From: the human T2T-CHM13v2.0 reference genome, Homo sapiens
DNA: 64,000 nt
NCBI RefSeq assembly: GCF_009914755.1
Contig: NC_060926.1
Strand: one strand, 5' to 3'
The notes under the pieces are model-generated. The model worked only from the letters and a program-made list of their open reading frames with translations, had not been told where the DNA came from and made no database searches. The translations under genes and the position numbers were made by a program. Of this stretch, positions 1 to 16,049 are shown one piece after another (positions within the stretch are counted from its first letter, which is position 1; every line of letters starts with the position of its first letter).

Positions 1-413
1 TGCAAAGTGAAATGGGGGCACTTTTTGTGGTGATCAGAGTATTCTTTATCTTGACGTGAAAGTGGTAACAAATTGCATCTGTCAACCCTTAAAACTACAA
101 AACTACATTTTTGAAGTATGCAGTTATTATTTATATCTCAGTAAACCTGATTTTTTAAAAAAGGCAATTCAAACATTTTGAAAGTTATCAGCTGTTTAAA
201 ATATCCTTTCAATTTATCAACTTAAAGACTAACAACACAAATGTGTTCTTACGCCAGGAAAAAAACTGCCTTTTATTATTTAGTTGAACCTTTGAAAAAT
301 GGAGAACTTAGAACAAATCATTCAAGAGAAAAGAGAGCAAAGTCTCCCAACTGTCTTTCAGAATTTCATAGTACCAAGAAACTCAAATAACATTTAATTA
401 AGAGCACAAGTCA

Positions 414-545
<132 letters not shown>

Positions 546-1086
546 CTACAAAGAAAGTACAACTGTCAGGAAACTATGCTCTACCCATATTACACTTTAA
601 TAAACAGGTGGCATTTCTTGAAATGCAAAAGAACAAGATCAACTCAATTGTTAACACTTATTTCCTTAAACAGGTAACTCAGAAAAGGTTAAGAGGTAGC
701 TGTATTGCTACAAATATCAACAGCACCCTGGCATACATTAAGGAAATCAGATGCAAGAGTAATTACTAATTTATCTTGTGGCCATGGCAAGTTCAGAAAA
801 TTCAAGTTGGGGAAGAAAAAAATCGTCTTTGCCAAATATCAGTGCAATTCTCAGGGCTGCAGTTTCATGAAATTTCCCTGGGTACATTTATATTTAGATA
901 GAGAAATAGATATGGAGGTGACAGGTCAAACAGGTGAGCTGGAAACCTACTGGCTCTGATCTGCCAAGATCCTACAAGCACTACTACAAACACCTGCAAA
1001 TGAGATTTTAAAAGGTCCTGCTAGATTTCTAATTTATGCCAATATCAGTGCTTATGGAATCCTAATAAAGATACGAATAGGATGAC

Positions 1087-1409
<323 letters not shown>

Positions 1410-2150
1410 CAAGAAGATTTTTTTAACTACAATGTTTGCTTTATGTTTTGTTTTGCTTTTCAGTATACACTTCACTCCCTGCCATCCATCTAACTCCTTT
1501 ATTTTATTACTAATGTCTCTTATGAAACTTTTGGAGATAAAGGCTTTAGGAAAAGAAACTTAAATCCCTAGCGGAAAAAAACAGGTAAATGAACAGAAAA
1601 GACCTAAGTAAAAACAGTGCTGGTGAGAACTGTAGAATCGGTCTCCACTGGAAATGGCTCAGGGCCCCGTGGTTCAGAGCCACAAATGTGGAGCCAAGAT
1701 TAGAAACACAGATTAAGTTAGCAATACTGGAGCTAACTGGTATAAGAGACTCAAAACATATAAAGGATTTTGTTTCAGGCTCTTCTAATTGGAGTGACTT
1801 GTTAAGGGAATGAAATGGATCTGATTAATTCCAACTATTACATAAGGGATCAATTTTTAAAGGCAGGAGATAGTTTGAACTCCTAATTTAGAATGAAAAA
1901 AGTTTCAGTGAGAGAAGACAAGATTCTTTCTTGGTCTAAGAGTTACGGCAACTAAAAGAGAAAAGAGAATTGTAGAAATTATTTCAGAAACTGGGGGGTG
2001 GGGAGGAGAGAAACTCTTAATGAAGAATAAGGAAGAATCACAGCCCAGTTCCAAGAGACTGAAAGGAAAATAGGGCTAGCTGAATATGACCAAGGCCTCC
2101 AAGACCAACATGCATATTTAGATATACTACATTTCTAGTTTTTCCCATTA

Positions 2151-2375
<225 letters not shown>

Positions 2376-2477
2376 TTATTATCTGGATGAGAATCAGAAA
2401 CTACTAAAAAAAAAATCCAAACTTATATTAGAAACAACTTTTGATATGATATAGAAAATTGTAAATAAAATCAGTAA

Positions 2478-2792
<315 letters not shown>

Positions 2793-2999
2793 AGGTCAAT
2801 TAATTTTTAAGAATTTTCATACTTCTTATATGAAATTTCTAAGTGATCAAGTAATAGTGCATTAAGTAGCCTTTCAATGCAGAATCTGATATTTAATTTT
2901 TAAAATCCTACACTTAAGTCGATAGATCATCTTTAATCTACCTGAAGGAAGTATAACATAACTAATGAAAGCTCATTTTTAAAATATGACCACCACCTT

Positions 3000-3112
3000 C
3001 ATGAGGCACTTGAATCATCCTGAAACCAGCCCTATCTCCCAGTCCATGTCTGTGGAAAAAACTGTCTTCCATGAAACTGGTCCCTGGTGCCAAAAAGAGT
3101 TGGGGACTGCCG
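3000..3112 (+). mobile_element. MER1-type (hAT-Charlie) terminal fragment
   Basis: tgtggaaaaaactgtcttccatgaaactggtccctggtgccaaaaagagttggggactgc resembles the recalled MER1 3' end. Confidence 0.7.
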
Positions 3113-3486
3113 ATTTAAATGTATATGGCCAGTGGCTTACATTTATCACTGCAGTTCTAGAGTCCCTGACCCAAGCAGGCTCAGAGAATCAAGCAACTAC
3201 ACCTTTGGAATCCAATTCCATGACAGCAGATAATTTTGACTATCCTCAGCCAAACTGCTATGTGTACTTTCCTGTTTCATACATAGACACATACTACCAA
3301 GAAGATCCAGCCCCCAAACTTGCCTAGTCTGTTTACATGCTAAAGCCACACAATTAAGCAAGTTGTGATCAACAGTATTAATAAACATTTGACTAGGTCC
3401 AGTAAAGACAATGTTTCTGTAACAAAATACATCAAGACCAACCCAGTAACATTTCCAAGGCCACCATTACAGAAGTGATTGTCTTA

Positions 3487-3657
<171 letters not shown>

Positions 3658-4279
3658 CTACATGTAGTAAAATATTAGGATTATATTCACAATCTCTTCC
3701 ATTATCCCCAAGTCCATGCAAAGTACCCTGAATTCACGTGTTGGTTTCCAACATACAACACACAGCCTCTCATTACTGTGTCCCAACTAAAACAACAATT
3801 CCCACAATACACTGTTAAGCCCTCACACATACCCCTTGCCACTGCTGCGCACCCCGCCCAGCCACTGCTGCTGGCTCAGTCATTCAGTGATGTTGCAGCT
3901 AATGTTTCATGCAGGGCCAATTCCTTTACTCTTCTCTATGCTATATAAATATCAAAGGCAGCATGCAACTTTCACCCAACTTTTACTTGATATATAAACT
4001 TCTGGTTACATGTACCTAAAGAATTTTAACTATAATAAATCCATGTTCAAGTTTCATATTGTAGCTTAATTTCATAAATTTATTCCTAGAGAGAATTTTA
4101 CAAATCTGCCAAGAGAATTAATCTAAGACTGTGGGCCAGGAGAAAAAAAAGTGGGGGAGAAGTTTCCACTGATGAGTACATTGTACTTTACTGGGCTAGG
4201 AGCCCTGCATTTAGCTGAATCACTGTTTCCATTTCTAGTGCAATAGGAAATTTATCAATCACAGACCATGAAAACTTCA

Positions 4280-4483
<204 letters not shown>

Positions 4484-5210
4484 TCAAAGTTAGAAAGGCT
4501 AAGCCAGTGCAGCCAAGGTCCTATCATCGCTAAAAGAGTAACAGAAGTTGTTATAGTCAACGCTTGGAATCTTATTAGTAGGGTATTGATAAGTTTGACA
4601 ATCTTCCCATTTTATCTTATATATAAAGTGCCTTGGCTTATAAAAATTTCACTTTTCCCTCCCATACACAAATAAACATTATAATGCAGGAAAGCTGACT
4701 CCTCCACATTTCTCCTTTATACCAGAAACAATGGCAAACAGTAAAATGGCTGGAGGAATAAAAACAAACTGTTTAAATTTAAGTTCACTGTTACAGAAAT
4801 TTCCCAGATCTTTCATATCCAGTTTATAACTAGATGAATACCTCAAAATTAAAAATCTGGTAAAAGAGACTTGGTTATTTAATGCAAGGCTTAGGACTGA
4901 ACAGATTGTGAGGGTTTTCAAGTAAGGGTCTGCAAATCCTTTGTTATTAGACTGCATTAAGTAAAGGCATCAAAAAAATAAATCTGAGGGATTGAAACAG
5001 TTGCCATTTACTTATAGCAAGCAAAATAATAAAAAATCATACCACCATCATTTCATAATAGAAAACAGCATGTTTAACACCAAAAACATAACAATCTCAA
5101 AACTAAGAGCCTTTTATATCGAACAAACTTAGTTTTGTGAAAAAAAAGTGCTACAGGGCCCTTTTCTGTGGACCAGGGAAACCAGTGTGAAAATTACTGT
5201 GGTGGCGGCA

Positions 5211-5238
5211 GGGGGCAGGGAGCAGGGGGAGGGGGGGG
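5211..5238 (+). other. G-quadruplex motif (G5-G3-G5-G8)
   Basis: gggggcagggagcagggggagggggggg. Confidence 0.6.
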
Positions 5239-5813
5239 TGTCCTCCATGGAACAATAATATTGTCTAACTCTAAGGCACTGTTAGTATCGTATTTTTAAA
5301 GGGAAGACGTGGGGGAAGAGAGGAAAACTATAGACAGGAAGGAAGTATTACAGAGGAAAATAAGTCTATTAGAAAGTGACGGTTATATTCGATGGTCATT
5401 ACATTACCTGGCATCACTTTTTATAATTACTATAATTGTACTACTGTCATGGGTGACAAATAAAAAATTAGGGGCCAATTGGCCAATTATCACTACCTTC
5501 AGTCTCTTGTTTAGTGAACATGTTCTACCAATGAAATTTGTTTCAACCTTCATAAAAACCTGAACTCTTATATGAACTGGGAATAAGTTTTTTTCCCAAT
5601 TTTCCTTCCCAATTTAATTTTGTAGGTACTTAATTTTTCATTTTCTAGATATTAAAGTTGAGGATTAAATGTGATCAAACTGTTTGTAATGTCATTTATT
5701 TCTCAATTATATTCAAAAATTTTACTACTAAATCCAAATCACTCTTTGAAAATCATGAAAATGGGAAGATTGCCCAGTTGGCAATCCATTTTCCCCTTTA
5801 TCTACCATCTTAC

Positions 5814-5941
5814 CGTGCCATAACTCATCATGCTTTTTTGCATTTCTAGGGGAAGTTTTCGTTGGAGCTGTTTGGGCTCTTCCTCTTTTACCACCAACAC
5901 AATCTTTATTACTTTCTTCATCCTCTCTCACAGGTTTATAC
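5814..5941 (-). CDS. TRIP12: TRIP12 exon, [10 protein letters not shown]...HDELWH
   Basis: ttttag|G...ACG|gtaaga; 128 nt. Confidence 0.97.
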
Positions 5942-6555
5942 CTAAAATGACAAGACAGTATATAAACCAAATGTAGATTTTGAAACTGATACAAAGCCAA
6001 AATCTAAGCCACAGACACCACAGTTACCAGAAGACTGTTCTGAGATCTATTCTCCTCTCTCTCCCTAGTGTGAATCTGGAGAACTTCTTAGAAGAGATCA
6101 CCTAGAGACCACCTTCCCAGGAGGGGCTGCCTCAGAAACTCCAAGGGTGGTTCTGGGAAGAATGGCTCTCTTCAAGCATATGTAGCAGACACTCACAGAC
6201 AATGCAGGAAGCTGCATCCAAATCCCTCTTAAGGACTCAGAGATGCCCAACTTCAGATTACCTAATATCTTATGGCAACATTTTTGTCTTAATTAAAGAC
6301 CTGAAATAAATCTAGAAAAGCAGATGTAAACCATGATTACTGTCCATGGATATACATTTTCCGGTAGAATGAATGAGGAGGCTACATATACATATGCACC
6401 TTATCAAATATTTGAAATCGTCTTTCAGAACTAAAATGTGTGATTTAGGGCCCCCTATCCTTATGAAAGCCAGCCATTAAGTTAATGTGAATTCTAAAAC
6501 ACAAGAACAGTTTCAAAGTTTATGAAAAAACAAAAGAAAGAATTTTCAGACTTGC

Positions 6556-6755
6556 CATATTGTATGAGTCTTTGTCCAAATACCAGCTCTGCCTAGAGGA
6601 TTGCTCTCATCATCTGTGGATTCTCTTTCATCTTCAGCCTGTATACTAAACTGCCGTACTGCCTGATACACAGTCATGTTATACGGCAGCAAATGTTCTC
6701 CAATATAAAACTGCAGCCTGTGTCTTACATTTCCTGAATTTAGGAACTGAGCAGC
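6556..6755 (-). CDS. TRIP12: TRIP12 exon, [10 protein letters not shown]...WTKTHTIW (GC donor)
   Basis: ttattcag|GCT...ATG|gcaagt; 200 nt; TG+G gives Trp across the junction. Confidence 0.95.
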
Positions 6756-6842
6756 CTGAATAAAGCAAAGCAAAAGCCATTTAAGCCAAAGGCCCTGAAC
6801 TTTATATAGTACATTATACATGGTGGGAATATAGTACCTTAC

Positions 6843-6916
6843 CAGAGACTCATCTATTTCCTCATCTGATCCATCGTCATCGCTGTCTTCATCATCTTCT
6901 CTTACTCTTCCATACC
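6843..6916 (-). CDS. TRIP12: TRIP12 acidic exon, [25 protein letters not shown]
   Basis: tcttcag|GG...CTG|gtaagg; 74 nt. Confidence 0.96.
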
Positions 6917-7017
6917 CTGAAGACCCAAGTAGACTTTTAAACTCTTAGCGATTTTAGGTGTAAAAAAAAAAAAATCCTGTATACACACTGGTTAAACATA
7001 TTCTTAGAAAACACATA

Positions 7018-7362
7018 TAGGTTGAGTATCCCTTATCTGAAATGCTTGAGCCCAGAAGTGTTTTAGATTTCAAATTTTTTCAGATTTGGAATATTTGCAT
7101 GTACATAATGAGATACCTTGGGGATGGGATACAAATCTAAATATGCAATTCATTTATATCTCATATACATGGCGTGAAGGTAATGATATACAGTATTTTC
7201 AATAATTTTGTGCATGAAACAAAGTGTATGTACATTGAACCATCAGAAAGCAAAGTTGTCAGGTGTGGAGTCTTCCACTTGCGATGTTCACGGCAACAAT
7301 CAAAGTTTCAGATTCTGGAGCGTTTTGCATTTTAGATTTTCAGGTTAGGGATGTTCAACCTG
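7018..7362. mobile_element. Tigger4/MER46-family MITE (TcMar)
   Basis: TIRs aggttgagtatccct ... agggatgttcaacctg flanked by TA. Confidence 0.85.
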
Positions 7363-7576
7363 TATATATTACACTCTGATCTATGAAGCAGAAAGGTCTA
7401 AGAAAATTGCCAAACACAAAATGTCATTTCTACTACATTTCACCAAGATAAATTAACTCAACATTCAAGGAAGCAGTCAACCCCTAGTAAGTTCAATGTA
7501 TGACTATATACTAAGTAGAAAATAAAAGACAGGAATATAAGTTCCTGCCATCTATTTTTTAACAGAAACAACATTA

Positions 7577-7954
<378 letters not shown>

Positions 7955-8440
7955 TTACTTACCAGTTCTGTGAATGGTAAAGCCAATAATTCAAGTTATT
8001 TAGAAAAAATTTTTATACGTAAGAAATAAAAGACGGATGTGTATGCATGCATATGAAAACCTTAAGTCAATATTTGATCTCTGTCCCATCATAAATCCAT
8101 GGGAGCAGAAATACTTCACCCATGAATATTTAATTATTTTTCTGGAACAAAAATTCCTGAACTATTTAAGCACACTCACTTCTGCAATATTTTGCCCATT
8201 CCTATTGAATTATATTTTTTAAAAAGAAAAAAAAAACTCTTTATTTCAAAGATTTCAGCTACAATATTACATTAAAAACTAACCTTTAAAATTTACCTTG
8301 CTATAATAGTTTTGAACGAAGCGGTTTAATAGCTACTGCAGTTGAAACCTGGTCATGATGTTTAATTGCTCATTTCAGAAAAGCTCTGGCAGGAGTCAGA
8401 TACAAACTTAAACTGTGATTATCTGTATGATTCCACAAAG

Positions 8441-8651
8441 CAAGCTTGTCCAACCTGCGGCCCACAGGCCACATGCAGCCCAGATGGCTTTGTATATAGG
8501 CCAACATAAATTCGTAAACTTTCTTAAAATACAATGAGTGTTTTTTTTTTTTAAGCTCATCAACTAACATTAGTGTTGGTGTATTTTATGTGGCCCAAGA
8601 CAATTCATCTTCCAATATAGCCCAGGGAAGCCAAAAGATTGGACCCTCCTG
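8441..8651 (+). mobile_element. MER30 (hAT-Charlie)
   Basis: caagcttgtccaacctgcggccc...cagggaagccaaaagattggac; paralogous to 42431-42640. Confidence 0.85.
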
Positions 8652-8979
8652 CACATAAAGCACACAAATAGGGATGTGGAGAATATTCCATTTTATGAAT
8701 ATATACATATGCAAACATATTTTATATAAATTTGGACACAAAAAGCTTCATGATTTTCTCAAGCACAGGTCAAAATGCCCCCTTATTTCATGAACTCCTC
8801 CAGGAAATCATAACGATCAAAACTGAATACCACACACTACATTAAATTTCAAAGCAGAAAAGAAACCCTAGTCCATGATGTGATTGCTTTATCACTCAAA
8901 AATGCATATGGTTTTTAATTCAAACAAAGTTTTTTAAATGTTTTTAAAACGTCAAAATGTGGATTTAAAAACCAAACTA

Positions 8980-9284
8980 GGCTGAGTGTGGTGGCTCAGA
9001 AATCCCAGCACTTTGGGAGGCCAAGGCAGGAGGATCACTTGGGCCCAAGAGTTTGAGACCAGCCTGGGCAACAAAGTGAGACCCCGTCTCTACAAAAAAT
9101 AAAAAAATTAATGGAACATGGTGGCACATGCCTGTGGCCCCAGCTACGTGGCAGGCTGAGGCAGAAAGATCTCTTCAGCCAGGAGGTCAAGGCTGCAGTG
9201 AGCCATGTTCACACTAGTGTAATTTGGCTTGGGCAACAAAGTAAGACTCTGTCCCAAAATAAATAAATAAATAAATAAATAAAT
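8980..9284 (+). mobile_element. AluJ with (AAAT)n tail
   Basis: Alu dimer with ggaggatcacttg; flanking aaaaaccaaac repeat. Confidence 0.9.
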
Positions 9285-9867
9285 AAAAACCAAACAAATT
9301 TCCTATTTTCTAGGCCTCCGGTCAAAATATTCCATGAAACTTGTAACATTCCACAACATAGAACAATTCTTTCCTGTAGCACCTCAAGAGTCCTTAAAAC
9401 TACATTAAAAATATATATATTTATTAAACTAGTAAAACTTCAAACATTTGACCCCATCAAAATACAAAGTTATAGCCACTAATATTACATATAAATCATA
9501 TCGCTCAAAATGTAAACATTACTCACAGCCACAAAAAATTTTTTATCCCTACTGAAGTTAAACATAAAGTTCTTAAGGAAGTTTTGTATGCTGAAGTGTA
9601 TCAATTTAAGGAAAACTAAGCCTATTACAAGTTACAAATACAATCACTGGATTATATATTTATAAAGCATCCTGTTTAAGGCATATGGTATAATTTTAAA
9701 GATAAGAAAGCATTTGATTCATTCTTTAGAGTGCTTAATTTCTTTCATCATTACAGCTGAATGTTTTCTGGGCCAATCAAGACTTTACCAGACCTCTTGC
9801 CATCTTACTTCAGTGAAATTAAGTACCAAATTCCAGTGGCAAGGGTATAGCCAGGCAATGGTCCTTA

Positions 9868-10020
<153 letters not shown>

Positions 10021-10205
10021 CTAAAGTTATAAATAAACAAACAGGTTAAACAAAGCCTTTTCAAAACAAAAGTCTCCTCAAAGAGAAGATTTAATAAGCA
10101 GCTTTATAAAAGAGAATAATTTGTCTATTCATCTTTATCTTTTATGGCAGATTTGGTTTGAACGATGTTACCACGTCAATTATTTCAATAAAGACAACTG
10201 TTTTG

Positions 10206-10480
10206 TACAGCCCACAATCCTGTATTCACAATCTCTACATCCAAAGGCTCTGAAAACACAAGTCACTTGGTGGCAAAATCTGATCCAAACAGACATAAGG
10301 CTATTTACAGTCTTTATTTATCTGATTTTAGTAAGAATATTCATGTTATGCTATAAAAATATTTAATGCATATAATATACAGTGCTATTCAGAAACTGCT
10401 GGGAATTTTAATGTACTACACACTGTAGGACCTTTGAAACCGACCAAACTCCAGGGGTTTCAGAAAAGAGATTGCACATA
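10206..10480. mobile_element. MER46C-like Tigger fossil
   Basis: ggcaaaatctgatccaaacagacataaggctatttacagtctttatttatc resembles recalled MER46C. Confidence 0.55.
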
Positions 10481-11232
10481 ATCTTAAGTATGCTGTAAAA
10501 CTATACATAATACTGTCACGCTTCTAATGAATCTCCAATAAATACTAACTTTGCTTTAGGTTGACTCACAAGTTAAAATACAAGCAATGCTCAAATGCCT
10601 CTGAGGACTGCAAGCGCATGGTGAAATAGTGTTAATACATAGGAGAGCTATGCTAAGCCCTATTACACAGATAATAGGGAACGTTTCCAAGTGATGCCTT
10701 CTCTTTAAGCCACTGTAAAACAAGGAGAATGCTGTCAACAGCATCCAAGGATTACCCTCTTGCTCTGGCCCACTTAAGAGTGAAGGAAGGGGAGCCACTC
10801 TGTGGCTTTGTAATCCACATTATAAACGGTGACATAAATGGTCATTAAGCGCCCTTGATTGGAACTGTTACAACTGTATTTTATGTACAAAACAAGAAAA
10901 TATAACTCCTCTATCTTATTATAGATGTCTGTTTCACTAAAAGGAACTAATACAAACTTCAATACATTTAAAAACAAATATTGCAAGTAAAATACATTCA
11001 CAGGTGAGAGACTACTATTAATGGCTCATCCTGCAAGCAAAAAAGACTCAAGATACTTCAATCATAGAAATAGTGACATGGGCTTTGTTAAATCCCCATT
11101 TCATTGTTTTACTATTTACTTTGATATACAGAAGTTGAAGGATTCCAACTATGTGAAAACCTAGAAGTTTTCCCTCAATGTCTTGACCAAGACCTGCTGG
11201 AAATTATTACTGAGATGAAAATATATGCATTA

Positions 11233-11481
<249 letters not shown>

Positions 11482-12307
11482 TTAGGAAAAGTATTTCTAT
11501 ATTGATTTAAGCAGCACTTAAAAAATACACAACTCACATATCCTCAAAAGGAAATGAATATATTCTCAACGCCCTTAAAAAAGAGGGCAGGGGAGTGGTA
11601 CAGTCTTAGTAAATCCTTGGAAATTATGATTTTAAACACACACACACACACACTAAATATTTCATGAGGAAAACCAGGAATCCATAATAACATAAGAAGA
11701 AAATCTTCATATTCAACCAATGTAGTTTTCTTTAAAAAAGAGTATTTTAAAAGATGAGAACAGAAAACTGAAGAATAAGGGGCTATAACACCAGAATGGA
11801 AAGATGAATCAAGAATACAAGGTGTGGCTTTAAATTAATACATTTAAGGTCTCAGCAAAATGAACAATTTCTTGGAAAACATACTACCAAAACTGCTCAA
11901 GGTACATCAAAAACATCAAAATAAATAAATAAATAAAAATAAAAATAAGAACAAAAACTGAGAACCAGATGAAACGTAAAACACTTATTAGTAAACCTCT
12001 AGCCTCTCCTGCCACTCTGAGACCCCATGTGAAGAGAGGGGCTAAGGAAGGCCTATCATCTATACCTATAGTTGAGGATGACTTAGAAAACAGATGTGCT
12101 TGTGAGGACATTTCTGAAGTTTCTTCATTTGTCAAGAATGATGAGATGTGAAGGAAAGAAAGTCAAAGATGAGGTTTCTAGTACATTTAATACAGACTGA
12201 TGAATCCTGATAGTCAAGGGATAAGTAAAAGAAATGCCAGCACCAAGGGTGTATATAAGGTAAAAGTCGATGTAGGATAGCTAAATCCATAGGAAGCTAG
12301 AGAGTCA

Positions 12308-12544
<237 letters not shown>

Positions 12545-13563
12545 TTAAAGTCCCAGTGTATGTAGAAAGGATATAACTTCTGATCAAGGCAAATAGCTGC
12601 TACATTTAAAATTCATCCTGGTCTATGCTTACAGTTTAAAAACTCCAGATTCCATAACCAAATTAACTTTCACTTTGAAAATGGGCTACGATGTACCACC
12701 TGGAGAACTGTTTAAAAACTTAAAATACACTGCAGGTCATTACATGAATTGTAAACAAAGTGTAATAATTTTTTGGAACCCTGCAATATAACACTTTCCT
12801 AAGTGTTCCCTTTACTTCCTAAAGTACATACATATCTGCATTATCCTTAACTTGTGTTTCCTGGAGAGCTGAAGTAAAGATTTACAGACCAGAAACATGC
12901 GCCTATTAAGGATGTAATAAGCTATGGCAAATAAGACCCGGCTGCTTAAATTACAAATGCTGATGGCTTCAGAAATCCATTCACTTAATTATTTTTATAC
13001 ACTGAAATTAAGAAAAACAACCAACAAAACCAAAGAGAGCATGTTTATTTTCTCAATGACATTTGGTCTTTTAAAATTTCTTATCTGCAGAGGGAAGTAA
13101 TCATGTTGGTATGCTACATGCAGAACCCAAAAATAAAACAAGTCCCAAGGACTTAAAAAAAAAAAAAAAGGCTCTCCCCTAAAATCCTGAAGTTCCATTG
13201 TAATGGGTAGAGAAATTTTATCATAAAAGATGTGAAGAATGTGGACAGAAAATGTCAGCTTTTCCTTGTCTGGAACAAAACTGAGGAAGAGGTTCCCCAA
13301 GGAATACAATGTGGTTTTGAACGTATAAGACTTTCAGCTAGGTATGCTGGAAGGAGTTTCAAAGCACATGACTGGAACTTAGGACAAAGCCAGATGCAGG
13401 GTTCATAAACTGAGAAACTACCTAATTCTTGAACTATGCTTTTAAGAACAAATTAAAGTGCTGTGTCTATGTATCGTCTCCACACAATAAACGTACTGGC
13501 TGAAATAATGTTTAAGTTTTTCTGATATGGGAATAGAAGAAACATAAAACTCCCCCCACTTCA

Positions 13564-13758
<195 letters not shown>

Positions 13759-13943
13759 CTACAGTTAAGTCATTTTAGTTTAAGTGATGAAAAACAACTG
13801 ATTTTTAAGATTCACAGTCTTAACAGATTAATTAACTGAAAGAACTAAGAACACTTAGTCCTCAGGAAACTTAGGCATACTTCAAGAGCTACTGGCAGTT
13901 TTAATAAAGTACATTTCTGCACCTGCTACCACCCTCCCCTTTA

Positions 13944-14126
<183 letters not shown>

Positions 14127-14184
14127 TCACTCACTGAAAAAGCAAACTAAAATGGCAGAAACAGGGAGTAATAAAATACTGTCA

Positions 14185-14472
<288 letters not shown>

Positions 14473-15470
14473 AAAATACTGTCATAACAAGGTATGTTCT
14501 TGTTTAGTGATTATTTAATGCCAATTCTGTGCCAGTCATGTTCTAGAGGTGTGCAGACACAGCAAATGATTATTCAGAAAATAACTAGCTGTTTAACTAT
14601 ACTGAACTATGAAACATAAAGCCAGATAAGATGACTGATCAATTTTCTATGTGTTCCACTTTAAATAGTAGTATATAAGTACATAAAGCAAATATGCAAC
14701 ACAAAGGAGCAAAATAAAAATAAACGGGTAATCACCAACCTGAAAAAGAATGTTAAATCCACATAACACACTTTTTCCATAACCAAAATGGCCGTGAGTA
14801 AAATATACATGACCCTTAGTGTTCATGTTGTCAAAATACTCATCTGCCTCTAACATACTACCCAAAGTAATTTCATAGTGTGACAATGGCAATAACATAC
14901 TAAATAAATGCATTTATGAACATTTTAGTTGGTTTTTTTAAACCTATATACAAATCTAGTGAGTAGTATGAGTAATTTATTCTGAATTAGAATCATTTGC
15001 AAAATTAAACACCTGTAGCCTGTTCTAACGACAGTAGAAATAGTTTGTAACAGCAATAAATTTTTAGAATAACAAAACTAAATAAGATGAAAAGGCTGAA
15101 AAATGTTGTGGTTTAGTTGGTCTGTGGCCCAAATAAAACTGGAAAAATCTGAAAAAAAATTGGAAAATTTCCAACACCTGACATTTCTATGGAATATACT
15201 TAATAATGTGCTCAAATGTGCTTGACAATCAGGAAAAATGAACTTTCAAAGGATGAAAAATGTAATTAAACAATTTTCATTTAAAAAAAATTAACATGAA
15301 TTTTTCATTTGCAACCATGCTGTAATATGGAACCACTTAAAACTATTTAAAACCATGTAAAAATATTTTAAGAAAAAAGTTATTTTCTCTTTCTTTGGCA
15401 TAATCAACTGTTAGACTCTATAATCAATTCCAACTCCTTAAATTAAAATGGCTCAGAAATACTGCATTTG

Positions 15471-15620
15471 AGCTGGGCATGCTAGCACATGCCTGTAGTC
15501 CCAGCTACTTCGGAGGCCAAGGTAGGGAGGGTCACTTGAGCCCGGGAGTTCGAGGTTAGCCTGAGAAACAGAGCAAGACCCCATGCTGTGTCTCTTTTTG
15601 AAAAAAAGAAAAAGAAAAAA
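15471..15620 (+). mobile_element. Alu monomer (FLAM-like)
   Basis: Single Alu arm followed by A-rich tail. Confidence 0.8.
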
Positions 15621-16030
15621 GGGAGAAAGGAAAACATTTTTAAAGGGAAAGAAATACTGCAATTGTCTGAACTGTATCACTCTCTGTAATTTACTGAGTA
15701 TCTATGATGTCTCAGGCACCATGCCTACATTACAGTAAAACCCTGCAATAACTTATGTTACTGCAGCAGCTAGTGGGTAGGAATGGGGCTGGGAAGGAAG
15801 TAAAGGAGAGAGCAAGGCTGGAAAGGAAAATGGCAGACAAAAGCAACTGCAGAATCAGGGATGTGGAAGAGTCCCCAGAACTCTCCAAGCCCAATCTCCT
15901 CAGACTGGTCAAACAACATGGGTGCCAGTTAAACTCAGCAGTTTCCTAAAATAATACCCACTGTGCCAGAAGTTCAGTCTGCCAGAAGTCTTGAAACTGC
16001 CAAAATTCATATTTAAGCTGGACTAGAAAA

Positions 16031-16049
16031 CTGCCACCAGGTGGCACCA
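16031..16049 (+). promoter_or_regulatory. Candidate CTCF binding motif
   Basis: CTGCCACCAGGTGGCACCA matches core CCACCAGRKGGCRC. Confidence 0.6.
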
